IMG/VR virus record: IMGVR_UViG_3300037485_001872
Coordinates: 1 to 64,000 of that record
Length of the DNA: 64,000 nucleotides
Source of the DNA: a virus
Strand: one strand, 5' to 3'
The position numbers and the translations under genes were made by a program. The notes under the pieces are model-generated. The model had not been told where the DNA came from and did no database searches. It saw only the letters and a list, made by a program, of their open reading frames with translations. Below, one piece after another: positions 37,213-49,719 of this stretch. How positions within the stretch are numbered: the stretch's first letter is position 1; every line of letters begins with the position of its first letter.

Positions 37213-39900
37213 ATGGAAGCAGAAATAATTAAGAAGCTTGAACGTGGTATTTTTAGAATAACACAAGGTACTGGCACAGCAGTTTCTGAGCGTTGTGGGT
37301 TCTATTTTAAGCTATTAAAGCCACTGAATGAGTTTATGTATGAGGATTTATTTGAAAAATATAAAAAAGCATTACAATTCCGTGACAATAAATTGAAAAA
37401 ATAGTTGTAGCTTTGAAGCATAATATTTAACACATGAACATACAAGAAAACATCATCAGAGAAAAAATCACCTTTAGAGGTGGAGGAGTTGAAATCAGTC
37501 TTAACTCAGTTGGATTTGAAGGAGAAAAAATGACTGCCTACCAAAATTATTTAGGAGGAGGTATGCTAGGTAGAATAGCAAATGACTGCACCATTAAAAA
37601 TTGGAGAGATAATTCTGAGCTAGTTAAAATAGCAGACGAGCTTAGTAGATATATGTTTGAGGTTACAAATCCTGAGGGAGATTGGGAGAGTACTACCTAT
37701 GAACAGAACCAAAACCTACCTATATCAGCTTATTAATCATGAACAAAGAATTGGTAATGTAGTAACTTTTTATCGTTAAAATAAATAATAAAATGAGAAC
37801 ATTTAAAGAATTAAAACAGTCGATTGACAATAACGAAGAATTGGTGTGGAATGACCCAGACCCGATAAAAAACAATGATTATACTATCACATACATTGAA
37901 CCGATTAATGAGGACTTTGATGAATATACACCTATATTAATACAATATGGTGGTGGTAGTGAGGCTGAAGTATTTTTACATGAAATTTTAAAAAAGTAAT
38001 ACAATGAATAAGCAAGAAACAATAAAAACAATCAGAGAAATCATCAGTAATTGGGGAAGTCCGATTACTGACGCAGATATGGAACTAATCAGTTCACCCA
38101 TCATCAACCAGGTGAGCAAAGACCATTTTAGTTTGGCAGAAAGTTTCCATCTCGACTATGTGGGTGTAACAACTTATGTACACGAAATTGTAACCGATGA
38201 AACCGATATGTCATACGAAGACCTTTCGGAAGATATACTAAAAAAAGTAATCATTGCGTTTGTTATTGAAAACTTCAATGAGTTTCAATTGGTTAATACC
38301 ACTAAAGAAAAATTTCGTCCTTACATATATGACAGTGAGGGAGAATATTTAATTGGTGGTGAAGAAGTGGCCGTGTTTATTGAAAGTTTCATAAAACTTT
38401 ATAGTAACTAAGATGAAAACAGAAGATATTTTTTTCGAAAATTATACACCCGAATATAATCAGGTGTTATTAAAAGAACTACAAGCCAAAGAAGATACGG
38501 GTTCAACGCTACCCGAAGATATGTGTTCGTGGAATGGTTGTATGTATGAAACATATGGAGAAGAATTAGATTATGTTATAAAACAACCGAGTAACCGTAT
38601 ATGGACAATCATAGAAGAGGATGGAGTAATGTATATTTCAGCAGGTTATCATATAGTTAACAGATTGGGCTATTTTATTACTAATGAGGAAATCACTGAC
38701 TTTTCAGAAGACTATTTAATAGAGGAATAATGCAAATAGTATTCAATAAAGAAACCGCTGTAGTTGGTAGCATGGATGGTATACATGTATTCAATACCAT
38801 TAACATTGAAAAGCCTGAATACAACTGCCCCGAAGAAGTTGTGGATAAGGTGGTGGAAATGTTTAATGAGGGATATGACTTATCTTGTATAGATGAATGT
38901 TTATTATATGCTAATTGCACAACAGAAGCAAGAGAGGTAATGGTGGAGGGGTTATATAAAATAATGTACCAACCAAAGCTTAATATTGGTAATGATACTT
39001 TTGACACTTATACAGGAGAACTATGCAAATAATATTCGGAAACATAACCTTTAACCACCTGAGCCAAGGAGAGCTTAGTTTGTTTAAAACCAAAAAAGAT
39101 TTGAAGGCTCTTATACACCGTGTAGACCTTACATTGGATGTGAAGGAGGAGAAGCTTGTGGATGTAATTGATTTGAATGAAGGAAACTATTCAGCATGGA
39201 TTGTTCCCGCAAAATTTGAAGGAGAAATTATTTATGAACAAAAATAAATTAACACAACAGGAACGTGATGAAATTAGCAAGGCTAAGAGTACACACAAAG
39301 GACGACTGAAAAATCAAGCAGCAGAAATGCAAGCAGCAAGCCATGACTTAATTCGTCAGGTGCTTCTAAATGATACTCCTAATTGGGGTGGAATGAAACT
39401 AAATGGGATAGATATTGACACGCCATCTCGTAGTGTTTACAAAACATTCAAAAGATAATGGGAGGCTTTGTATTTATTATGGCTGTAGGAATATTTTTTT
39501 ATTGGCTTGGAACGTATGCCGAAAAATAAAATTTATTTCAGTGAAGCTCAACAAGGCTATTGTGAGGGAACTCTCTCAGGTAACAGAAGTGGGAACCAAA
39601 AGGAAATCATTTTGCCCAATGGTAAAAGCATACTACTTTATGAGTATCAATATAGCACGACAATGGTTACGTATCCTGACAGAAAATTGACAAAGTGTTT
39701 GTGCGGAAATTCAACTAAATAACGTATCTTTGTAACATGAAACACTATCAATATTTTTTCAAAACAGAAAGTGGAGAAACTAAGTTGGCTTGGGGTGTAG
39801 CAAAAAGTGAGACGGCATTAAGAAGTAGCCTAGCTAATTTAGATATTCACGGCATCTCTAGGGGACGAGCTAAAACACACAAAAAATGTATTTCCATCTA
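37213..39900 (+). other. Cluster of about 10 small hypothetical early ORFs (37213, 37434, 37793, 38004, 38413, 38730, 39023, 39234, 39737 and others)
   Basis: Tightly packed 54-135 aa ORFs, many acidic, with A-rich leaders and internal TGACA-box promoters at 37372-37415 and 39677-39732. Confidence 0.6.
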
Positions 39901-39984
39901 ATCTTATATTGCATTTCTCTTCTCTTTAAAAAGAGGACAAATAATATATAATTTTATTGATTTGGATATTCCAATTAATTGTTG

Positions 39985-40315
39985 TACATTTGTACTTCGT
40001 TATTGGTTCGATTAATACTATAACTTAGGCCGTTCGCAAAACTTGATAAATCCTAAGAAACCCTGTTGGAAATCGAACTTCTAGCAGGGTTTTTTATTGC
40101 CCGTTGTTGTATTGGATTAAACAAGTTAAAATAAATCCTCGGTGGCGAAAACGGAAATACATACTAATAAATAAAGGTGGTTGAAGTCCATATGTGTCTT
40201 GTAAACGGTTTGACATTTATGGCGGGTGATAGAAATTAATAAGGCCGCATTTATTAAAAGACAATAAAAGAAAGTAAGTCTGGATGATTTGCTTCTCCTG
40301 AAAGGGAACTCAAGT
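39985..40315 (+). ncRNA. Promoter, attenuator and structured RNA (locus B)
   Basis: TACATTTG 39985; GTTCGATT 40006 complements the loop of terminator 40059-40095; stems TGTATT/AATACA, TAATAAAT/ATTTATTA, CCATA/TATGG, AAGTAAGTC/GATTTGCTT, TCCT-GAAA-GGGA. Confidence 0.45.
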
Positions 40316-40485
40316 ATTGTTATTTAGCTTAATGATTCTAATAGAATGACAATCGGGGAAGGTATCACCCAAGATAAAAACCGTTTTATGCAAACTAGGG
40401 TAGAATTCAAATGACAAACAAATGACAATTTCCCTATTGTAATTCCCAAATATAGTTGTAGCTTTGTGTTGTAATATTATAGCAT

Positions 40486-40842
40486 ATGACATTCACAGAC
40501 AAACTAATCAAAGACATTCGTAATGGTAAGGGGTTCTCTAAAACCCTAAGAGGTAAATCACCCAAGTCAGGGTACATGGTTGCTCTCTCAGACTATCGTG
40601 AGCGTACAATTCCCCGTACAAAAAATATAGAACGTATTGGATACGAGCTTCAAGAATTTATCAAGGCTAACTTATTTCCATTATTAAATGGAGCATACCT
40701 AGGTGTATGGGTTACAGATAAAAACATTGTATTTGATGTCTCCGAGAATCTTGCCTCCGAGGTTCTTACAAAAGAACTAGGAAGGGTTCGTAAGCAACAA
40801 GCAATTTGGGATGTGGTTAATGGATGCGAAATATTTATATAA
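40486..40842 (+). CDS. Conserved phage protein of unknown function
   Basis: GFS...P.SGYMV...LGVW...DVS...G....Q.AIWD motif set; TGACA-box promoter 40412-40466. Confidence 0.5.
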   Translation: MTFTDKLIKDIRNGKGFSKTLRGKSPKSGYMVALSDYRERTIPRTKNIERIGYELQEFIKANLFPLLNGAYLGVWVTDKNIVFDVSENLASEVLTKELGRVRKQQAIWDVVNGCEIFI

Positions 40843-40848
40843 GGTAGT

Positions 40849-41313
40849 ATGTATATATTAACTAAAATCGCACGGGAGGCATCATTAGATGTTCCATTCA
40901 TAAACGCAGGGGGTTGTGCTATATTTGCATTAAACATGGCAAAAGAGTTAGCTCCTCTTCGTCCTGAGATTTATAATATTAGTTCACTGATACCAAAATT
41001 TGCAAAACAATACAGTAAGCAAAAAACCCTCTTAGCCACTTCTTGTGACCATGTTGTAATTAAAGTTGCAGGAGTTTATTTAGATAGTAATGGTGTAGCA
41101 CATAATAAAGATGCCGTTAGAAAACCATGGTATGGTAGAACATTCACCAAGGTGAGTTTAAAGGAGACACAGGAAGCTGTACAACATAAATCAAATTGGA
41201 ATCCTAAATTTGACCGTGATGAATATAAGAGTGTATTAGAGGAGCAGATTAAATTGGCCGTATCAAAAAACCTATGCCCCTTACTTAAAGACAAATTTAT
41301 AACAAAGAAATGA
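40849..41313 (+). CDS. Papain-like thiol peptidase-fold protein
   Basis: GGCAIFA...DHVVIK...YLDSNG gives a Cys-His-Asp order. Confidence 0.45.
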   Translation: MYILTKIAREASLDVPFINAGGCAIFALNMAKELAPLRPEIYNISSLIPKFAKQYSKQKTLLATSCDHVVIKVAGVYLDSNGVAHNKDAVRKPWYGRTFTKVSLKETQEAVQHKSNWNPKFDRDEYKSVLEEQIKLAVSKNLCPLLKDKFITKK

Positions 41314-44300
41314 AAGCAACTAGAATACAAAGAGACTTCTGTTATGCCTATGATTTTCTATTCACTACAGAAGCAGAACAACTAGCAAGGAAAGCTATTA
41401 TACGTTCCTTCTCTTTAAGTGTAGAAATTCCACGAAGAAACTTCTTTGAATATAATAATGTTTATGACAAATTAATGACAAAAAAACTTGTTTGCATCAA
41501 AAAAATAATATAACTTTGTACCATGTTAAAAGAGTTCGGAATTAAATCAGAAAGTTTTGCTTTATTGGAAGCATTCAAAAAAGAAAGTGAAAAGTTAGGT
41601 GCTGAATATCATACAGTGTTCAATGCTTTCACAGAAGAGAAATTTAAAGATAAGGAGGGGATGTTTTTTGCACAGGCCATTGATGGTACTTGGAGTTTAA
41701 GGTCAGAAGAACAAGAAGGTAAAATACTTTTTGCTTTAACAGGAAGTATTTGTTTAGCTCCTAATTTAGTATTCACTCTTCCTGAGCAGTGGAATGAAGG
41801 AATTGCCGCTATAAAAAATCTTGTAACAGATAGTAAAAAAGTATTTAACCCAAAGAAAATTTATGGGTATGATGCTAAGACTAAGCTTAAAGGAAAATGT
41901 AAACTACATAGCATAGATGAACTTGATAACGTATGGGCATTTGTATCTTGTGAGAACTCAGACTGTTGGGCAGAATCTTTTACAACGGCTCAAGCAGCAT
42001 TGGATTATGTAGGAGAGCGTTTGATGGTGTTCGATGATGTGAAGGAGTTTGGTAAGTGGTTGGCGGCATAAAAATCTCTTTTCATAACTCATTGATAATC
42101 ACACCCCAAGTCAGGTTTCTCCACCGTACGGAGACAAGTTTTTGGTGGGGAAAATGGCCGCATTGAAAAATCTTAACTACTTGATAATCAATGAAAGAAC
42201 TAATTGCATATTACACAGAAATAGGTAGACATGATGTCGTTGCCAATTTAAAGGAAGTACAAATTGACCAAACCATAATAGATAACGAGAATTATTCACG
42301 CCTATCGGATGAATTAGAGAACAGTTTCTATTGGAAATATACCGAAATGGGTTACGATTATTGGAATAATTTGTTTTCTGAATTACTTACGTTAAATTTG
42401 TAAAGCCTTGGTATCAGGGGGTTGGAGGAGGATGGAGAACCCCCTAATATTGTATTCTTGGTACTGTGCAATACCTAGTACCGTGTTTGGCATATTTCCA
42501 AATTGCATATACCATTTTCTCCCACGTCTTTTTCATGTTATTTTATTTGGATACCTCTCTTACTATGTAGGAGGGTTGCTTTCAATTTATGGGGAAAGAG
42601 ATTTTGTTGCGGCAATTTTCTTACAATAACATGACACAATATGTTTGGTGGTTTAAATATCTAGTTGTATCTTTGTTCTGTTAATAATCAACATATGAAT
42701 CCAAAATTAAGAATCCAAAACATTGACGGAGTTACCAAGGAATTTGATAAGAAAGAAGATGCCATTGAGTTTATTCAAAATCTCTTTATAGAAAATGAGG
42801 ATTGGTCAGAAATGAAAAACCCCAATACATATGCAGAATGTGTAAATTACCTAGTAAAGTTTTGTGATAATTGGATATTGATATGAACATACACGAATTA
42901 AAAAAAGAGCATTCTAAGCTAACTAGTATAAATGACCATACAGGGGCAGCTCAGTTAATAATAAATCAATTTGGAACTTTTGATGATAAGTTTAATATGG
43001 GAGTGCTTGCTAGTAAACATGAGAAGCAAGGGTATATGACTCCATGGGATTTAGAGATTAGAGACCAATTGGTTAAGAAGTGGTGGCCTTTCTTTAAGAT
43101 GTTATGTAATGAGGTGGTATAAAAGAGAATGTTAAAAGAGATTTTTAAGCGGCCAAATCCTGATGATAATATGACAATACTTATTTGGTGATGTCAATTA
43201 GTAGTTGTAACTTTGAGCTATGAAAGAATCTAAAAAAGAATTTATTAAACGTAACATTAAATCTTATGGTAGAGAGGATTTTATCTCTTTGCTTAATGAA
43301 AATATTCAAAATCTAGCTGAGGATGGAATGGCTAATGAGAATAAGTTTCAGATTAAATGGTTTTGTGATATGTTAATTCAAATAGAAAAAGATGAACTTT
43401 AAAAAACAATACCGAGACTTTGAAATGCGTATTCTACGAGAACTAGAAACTCGTGTTCTTAGAAGTACCTATAAGTCAAAGCATGTTGATACCCATGCTA
43501 TACGAGTTAATATATTTGGGTACACTGAGCTAGTTCATCTAAATGGTAAGTTAGTTTTCCTAGATGATTCAGGCTATGCTTATTCTATATTTTCTGATTG
43601 TACCTTGGAGGATTTGATTGATGTTCTTAATTCTTGTATAGACTAGATGGATAAGAGATTTTTTAGCGGAATTTTCCTGACAATAAAATGACAAAATAAG
43701 CTTGGTGGTGTGAAACCCTTGTCGTACCTTTGAAAGACAATAAAAACAACATGAAAAAAGTATTATATCTTAATTATGGCAGACCATTCCCAACTGCTGA
43801 ACCTGATGGGGAAAGTGTAAAATTTCTTGATATTAAGTCATTTAGAATTGTTTGGGGAAATATTGAGGTGACGGATTTGAAGGGGGAGATACATTACCTA
43901 CCCATGGTGTGTAATTTGTTTTATTACAATGGTGTATACTACTCAGATATTTGGGTGGAAATGATTCATGATAATGTCGCCTCAGAACAATTCGACATTA
44001 ATAAAACTAAGCTAACTAATCCACTTCCTATTCAACACCCAAGTTTAGGCGAGGTGCTTCAAATACTAACAGATGAAATTGAGGTGGATGGGGAAACTAT
44101 GCAATACATTTTGGAGGAGTGTAATATGGACGAGCAAATGTTCAAGCAACTTCTAAATACCAAGGACTATGTTTCAAATTACCTAGCAGAGTATTTAGCT
44201 GAAAGAAAGGAAGGGAAAGGAAAGAATAAGGAGCTGAAACACCGCCTAAAAATGATTGAGGAAGATATGGCCGCCATTGTATCCTTTATAAAAGAGGGGG

Positions 44301-44702
44301 GTTTATCTGAAACATTTAAAAACCCAACACCTTTCACTGATGAAGCTTGGACTCATATAAGCAACATTGAAATAGCTTGTAACCTACAGGCAGATGAATC
44401 TTTGAATTGGAAGCCTTTTAGAAAGAACTAGTATGAATCCAGAAGAAGAATCATTAAAGACTTTTTGGAGAGATGTGAGGAATCAGGAGATGACAATTAG
44501 ATATGCAGCAGAACTAGTATGGAACTATCTTTACTCCCACCCGAAAGAATTCTTAACTCGGAAGCAGTTCATAGAGGATAACCACCTCAATAGTCAATTG
44601 GAATTTATAGTAGTTAATCAGGTTTGGAATGATATTGAGAATAATGACACCCTTATATATTGGGACTTTAAATCTTATTATGAAAACCTTACACTAATAT
44701 GA
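41310..44702 (+). other. Cluster of small hypothetical early ORFs (41310, 41523, 42191, 42695, 42883, 43220, 43392, 43751, 44433)
   Basis: ORF track, with starts corrected to lie downstream of TGACA-box promoters at 41465, 42621, 43172 and 43678. Confidence 0.6.
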
Positions 44703-44762
44703 CATTAAAAGTTTGTAGTGTAATAAATTAGTTGTAGCTTTGTATCAACAAATAGAAACAAC

Positions 44763-45296
44763 ATGAACCTACCGACAACTTGGCTAGAAGCCCTAGAAAA
44801 AAAGAAACAAGAAGCAGAAAGTAACCCAACAGCCTTTAAATTTAATGATGGTGGAAGAGCCTCAGCAGGATTTAAGGGAACCACGGGAGATTGCGTTGTA
44901 AGAGCCATTGCCATTGCTACTAAGCAAGAGTATAAATTGGTGTATGACGAACTGACAGAACGTATTAAATCTTTCGCCACCTCCTCTCGGAGTAGAGCCG
45001 CCAAGAGTATTAAAACGCATTCACCATCTAAAGGAGTTCACAGGGAGGTTTATGAAAAATATCTATCTGAACTAGGATGGAAGTTTGTTCCCACCATGGG
45101 AATTGGAACAGGATGCACATTACATATCGGGGATGTAGTGAAGAAGGAGGGGGAAATTCTTTGCTCCTCTAATCGGATTATTGCTAGAGTGAGCAAGCAT
45201 TTAGTGGCCATTGTAGAAGGGGTTGTTGAAGACACCTATGATTGTACAAGAGGAGGTAACAGATGTATCTATGGATATTACACTCAGCTGACATAA
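44763..45296 (+). CDS. Papain-like thiol peptidase-fold protein (DCVVRA family)
   Basis: GDCVVRAIAIAT...KHLVAIVEGVVEDTYDC; Cys-His-Asp order. Confidence 0.55.
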   Translation: MNLPTTWLEALEKKKQEAESNPTAFKFNDGGRASAGFKGTTGDCVVRAIAIATKQEYKLVYDELTERIKSFATSSRSRAAKSIKTHSPSKGVHREVYEKYLSELGWKFVPTMGIGTGCTLHIGDVVKKEGEILCSSNRIIARVSKHLVAIVEGVVEDTYDCTRGGNRCIYGYYTQLT

Positions 45297-45335
45297 ATAT
45301 TTTGGTATTTAAAAATTAAGTTGTAACTTTGAATC

Positions 45336-48300
45336 ATGGAAGAAATAGTAAAAGCATTAGAAATTGAAATGTTAAGACTTGTTCGAAAGTTACAAGATAA
45401 ATCAGCAACTAAGCAAGATGCTATAAATTTGGCAGTGCTTACTGAGTGTTTAGAAAAAATAAATAAATTCATTAAATAAATCATGTTTATAGTTAATTAC
45501 AAAAGAAAAGACAATGGTGAGTCATTGGGTTATCACTTGGATACATTTGGTAGTTTAGGTAAGAAAGAACACGCTAAATGTTATGGTGATGATACTGACA
45601 CTCAGGAAGATATTGATAGTCAATTAGCGGTGATTAGAAAAAACTTAAACCATCGCCTAAGTGAAGGTGGTGGAGGTGGAATGTTTGCTGAGATATTTAT
45701 TAAGCAAAAGGAGCAATCATATCAAGGATTAAATGCCGACCAAATTGATATTGTTGCAGAAGCAGTTGTTTATAAAGAACAAGAGTTAGTTGCTCATACA
45801 ATAGTTGATGAAAATGGTGTACATAAAATTCGTAAACCATTGGTTGATGTTGTTGTGGACATGGTTAAAAAAGTTGCAGGTTATGGCAAAGATTAATTTA
45901 GATAGACACGTTTGGGAGGATGTTAAAGATTATGAATCTTTATATCAAATTAACCAAGAAGGTGTGGTGATTCAAAGTACAGGAGTCTCAATAATGGAGT
46001 CTAAACTTTATTCCCCTCTACCTGAGAATGAGAGACAAGGTAAATTAGGTTGTATAAATACTCAACTTCTTGACAAATAAATGACAATACTTTCTTGTTT
46101 ATATCAAACATCGGTTGTAGCTTTGTTCTATGCAAATGAAACACTTTAATATCATTGCCGAGGATGGAAAGGTTGTAGGAACAATTGTAAATTGCTCCTC
46201 AGACCCACACGGAAGACTCTCGTTAACTAAAAGGATGAAGGTGGCACTAGAGGAACACTTTGATGTAGATGTTGTCTTAAATGAGCTCCCTGACGTTTTT
46301 ACAAACTCTCCTAAATACACTATGAAAATTTTTAGAGGTGGGTATAGGGAGGAAATATCAATAATGGAAACTTGGATATATTAAACAAATTAAAATGAAA
46401 ACAGAGATAACAAAAGGAAAATGGCAAGTAAGGGATGAAGGAAGTAATGGTATTTACATTAAATCTGAGGAACACACTAGTGCCATAGGTAAATTTTTTA
46501 CTAATAACGAAGTGATAAAGAATAGAGAAGAAGCCTTGGCGAATGCTAACTATATAGTGAATGCTGTAAATTCTCATGAAGAATTAAAGGCAGCATTGGT
46601 TGAAGCTAAAAGATGTTTATTAAATAGTACATATGATGAACTTTGCACACCTATCAAAATAATAGACCGAGCTCTTAAAAACTGTGTACCTGAATGCCCT
46701 TATAAAGAAGGGGAGTTAATATGGGCGAAAACTGCTCTTGGATTAGAGGTATTACCATGTACAGGAAAAATAGTTGATGGAGATATTGAAATTTGGCTTT
46801 GGATGGATAAGAGGAGTGATAGAAAAACTACGACTAAATTCCATGCTTCAACAAATGGATTAACTTTCCCTGAGTAATTATGACAAATTTTAAAGTAGGC
46901 TACCATAAAAGATTCTCAAAGGACGGAACGGTTTATACCCAATCTGTACGAATTAATATGAATACATTAATATCTTTGAGAGAAGTTAGACAGAGTGAAA
47001 TTGATTTAGGTTTTCCTAGGCGAAAAGAATATGACCCAACAGGCTACCATGATATTCCTCATTTTAGTTGTAGGTATGAAGGAGTCGGTAAGAAAGCTAC
47101 ATGCTATTCTTATATGACCCTAACTCAGACACGTTTTTCTAATTTATTTTTGAAGCTAAATTTAAAAGACAGGAACACTTATTTAATAATTGAAAAATAA
47201 TGGAAGGCTTTTCAGGAGATTTAGAAAAATATAAAAAATGTCGAGACTTTTTAAAAGCATGTGGTTATGACGTAAACTCAGCTATACATGTTGGTGGTAA
47301 CAGGTTTGAATTTGAAGAGGCATCATTTAATAGTGAAAAGAAAGGATGTCGTAATATTCATAAGATTTTAGCCTGGGTGGGGGATAATGGTGTTGGGTAT
47401 AAAGTAAAGAAAATAGGTTGGATTTGTATTGATTAAAATATGAGAAGAGTACTTTTTAAAAAATGGAAAGATTTTCCTGACAATAAGGTTAGATGTGGTA
47501 TGGTAGGAATGTTTGAAGAAGATTTTACACATGAGGGTGATTTTCATCAGTGGGCTCCCGCATATGAAGAGTTTGAATCTGGGGCTGGAAATTACATAGT
47601 AGCTTTAATCGAAACAACTGATGGAACTATAGAGGAAGTGCTTCCTAAAAATATGAAAATAAAATTCGGAGTGTTTTGTAATCAAATGGTGGGAAGAATG
47701 GTGAGGGCTAATTCCTTAGTTGAGGCCATAAATAACCTACCCATTAAGCTTAAAAAGCATTGGAGTGTTATTATGTACCGAGATGAAGATGGTCTCTCTA
47801 TTAGCGTTAGAAAAGAGTTTTTAGAGGATATGTCTCTTGCAGAAGTTGTAGAAGACCATGTGCTTTTTGGTGATACAGATGCCGATATTATTGTTTTAAA
47901 TCCTAGTGGAGTAGGAGTAATTTATTTATAAACTATGATAAATCTTGATAATTTTGACGGCCATTTAGTATTGTATTGCAAAAATAATTACTATGTACCC
48001 AATATAGACTTTTTAACAGGGTTAAGAAGGATTTGGGCTATTCGCTGTGGATATGACTATAAGGATGGTAACACCTCTGTAGATAGATATATAGCAGACC
48101 ATTTGTATGATGTTTTGAAATTAACAGATTTTCATCCTAGCTTACAAGAACTTTTACATAATTACATCGTAAACAATTATTATGATGATGGTAAAACTGC
48201 CATTGAAAATATAATTATGTTTTATAGGAGTAGAATAAGTATGCTTATAATAAGGGAAAAGGTAAACACCTATTGGAAACCTCTAATACATCTACCTAAA

Positions 48301-48372
48301 ACTCAAAGAAGAGTGTTTAAGAGAATAGTTAGAGGGAATGGTCGCTATAATGATTACAAGTTAATAAACTAG
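45336..48372 (+). other. Cluster of small hypothetical ORFs (45336, 45483, 45883, 46130, 46395, 46880, 47200, 47440, 47935)
   Basis: Coupled plus-strand ORFs; leaderless starts at 45336 and 46130. Confidence 0.6.
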
Positions 48373-48434
48373 ATAAATGAACACACCTGTAAATTTTGAA
48401 AACTTTTTTGTATATTTGTATGTACATACAAAAT

Positions 48435-48671
48435 ATGATAGGAATTTATAAAATTACATCTCCATCTGGTAAAATTTACATTGGTAGTTCTAAAAACATA
48501 GAAAGAAGAAAAGAAGACTATCGCTATAAACGATTTAAATATCAAATAAACCAACCCAAACTAATCTCAATAGAGATAGAAATGGAAGATATAAGCAATG
48601 AAGAATGTTTTATTATAAAAGCACCAAAAATAACCAACAATCAATTAAAAATAACTAAAATACTATGGTAA
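48435..48671 (+). pseudogene. Truncated GIY-YIG endonuclease fused to an unrelated tail
   Basis: MIGIYKITSPSGKIYIGSSKNIERR...QPKL, after which similarity to the two full paralogs stops. Confidence 0.7.
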
Positions 48672-49106
48672 TATTCAGCATAATCGTATTAATAATTTTT
48701 ATCTTAACCACCCCACATTTAATAAATTGGATGTGGAGAAATATTCTTGATGATTTAATCGTGCTAGGAATATTTATTTCAATCATATACACTGTAACAA
48801 CAGCGTATGCACTAAAGTACTTAATCATATGGGCTTACCCATTACTAGTAGCATAATAAAGAGACATAAAAATGACAAAAAAATCTTGTAGCGTAACAAA
48901 AAAGTTGTACATTTGTATCATCAAATAACATGAAACTATCTACAGAAATAATTGAAGGAATCACATACACCAAAGTGGAAGGAGTGGGACAAACGTTTTC
49001 AGTGAAAGGAGTTAAGTCTATCAAAGAAGTACTTTCTATATTAGATAAGATAGAAAAGGACTCAGAACGGTTTTTTACTAAAGTGGCTAGTATTTCTATT
49101 TTGGAG

Positions 49107-49237
49107 GTGTAACGGTATTTGGCTTTACGCAGGTGGGGCTAAATAGCGCAAAACTTTCAACCTGCACAAATGATTATTAAAAGCACTCAAGCTGGGTTTA
49201 AGCACTAACCCCCACTTGCGTAAAACCAATGTTAGGC
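49107..49237 (+). mobile_element. attC-like palindromic recombination site
   Basis: GTGTAAC (contains the upstream stop) ... TTTACGCAGGTGGGG / CCCCACTTGCGTAAA ... GTTAGGC (perfect GTTRRRY); 131 bp. Confidence 0.6.
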
Positions 49238-49248
49238 GAAGTTAAATT

Positions 49249-49452
49249 ATGGAAGCAAGAGATTTTTACAACAAACGAATTAATGAAGATTCAACTATTG
49301 GAAGTGTTCAATTAATGGAAGAATACGCAAAGCATATTATTGAAATAAATTTTTGCGATGGTACTTCTTCTGATTTTGAAAAGCTAACAGTTGATGAATT
49401 GCAGAAGATACATAAAAATATAAATCTATGTGTCGATTGGGTGAACGCTTAA
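49249..49452 (+). CDS. Cassette-like hypothetical protein (67 aa)
   Basis: Flanked by inverted repeats GTTAGGCGAAGTTAA (49231) and TTAATTTCGCCTAAC (49449). Confidence 0.55.
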   Translation: MEARDFYNKRINEDSTIGSVQLMEEYAKHIIEINFCDGTSSDFEKLTVDELQKIHKNINLCVDWVNA

Positions 49453-49494
49453 TTTCGCCTAACTAGTAGATTAGAGAAATAAAACCCAACTTTA

Positions 49495-49719
49495 ATGGTA
49501 ACAATATCAACGACTTATAATATAGATTTCACTTTAAAAAACTATCCGAATTACGGGGTAACAAATAAAGGGATTGTTATTAGTCTACAACGATGTAAAA
49601 TTTTAAAAAGAACAGTTGTCGGTTATTCAAAGGGTTATTATATTGGAGGAAAATTTATAACTCTTACTAAGTTAAGAACCATGTTAGTTAAGGTAGAAAA
49701 GATAAAATGCCCATTTTAA
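49495..49719 (+). CDS. NUMOD4-like small protein
   Basis: YPNYGVTNKG.V....R.KILK...GY pattern. Confidence 0.4.
   Translation: MVTISTTYNIDFTLKNYPNYGVTNKGIVISLQRCKILKRTVVGYSKGYYIGGKFITLTKLRTMLVKVEKIKCPF

Noticed and set aside
40486-40842. SAM lyase (T3 gp0.3-like) call
   Set aside because: Size and early position fit, but I cannot match the catalytic motifs; an HHpred or Foldseek search is needed.
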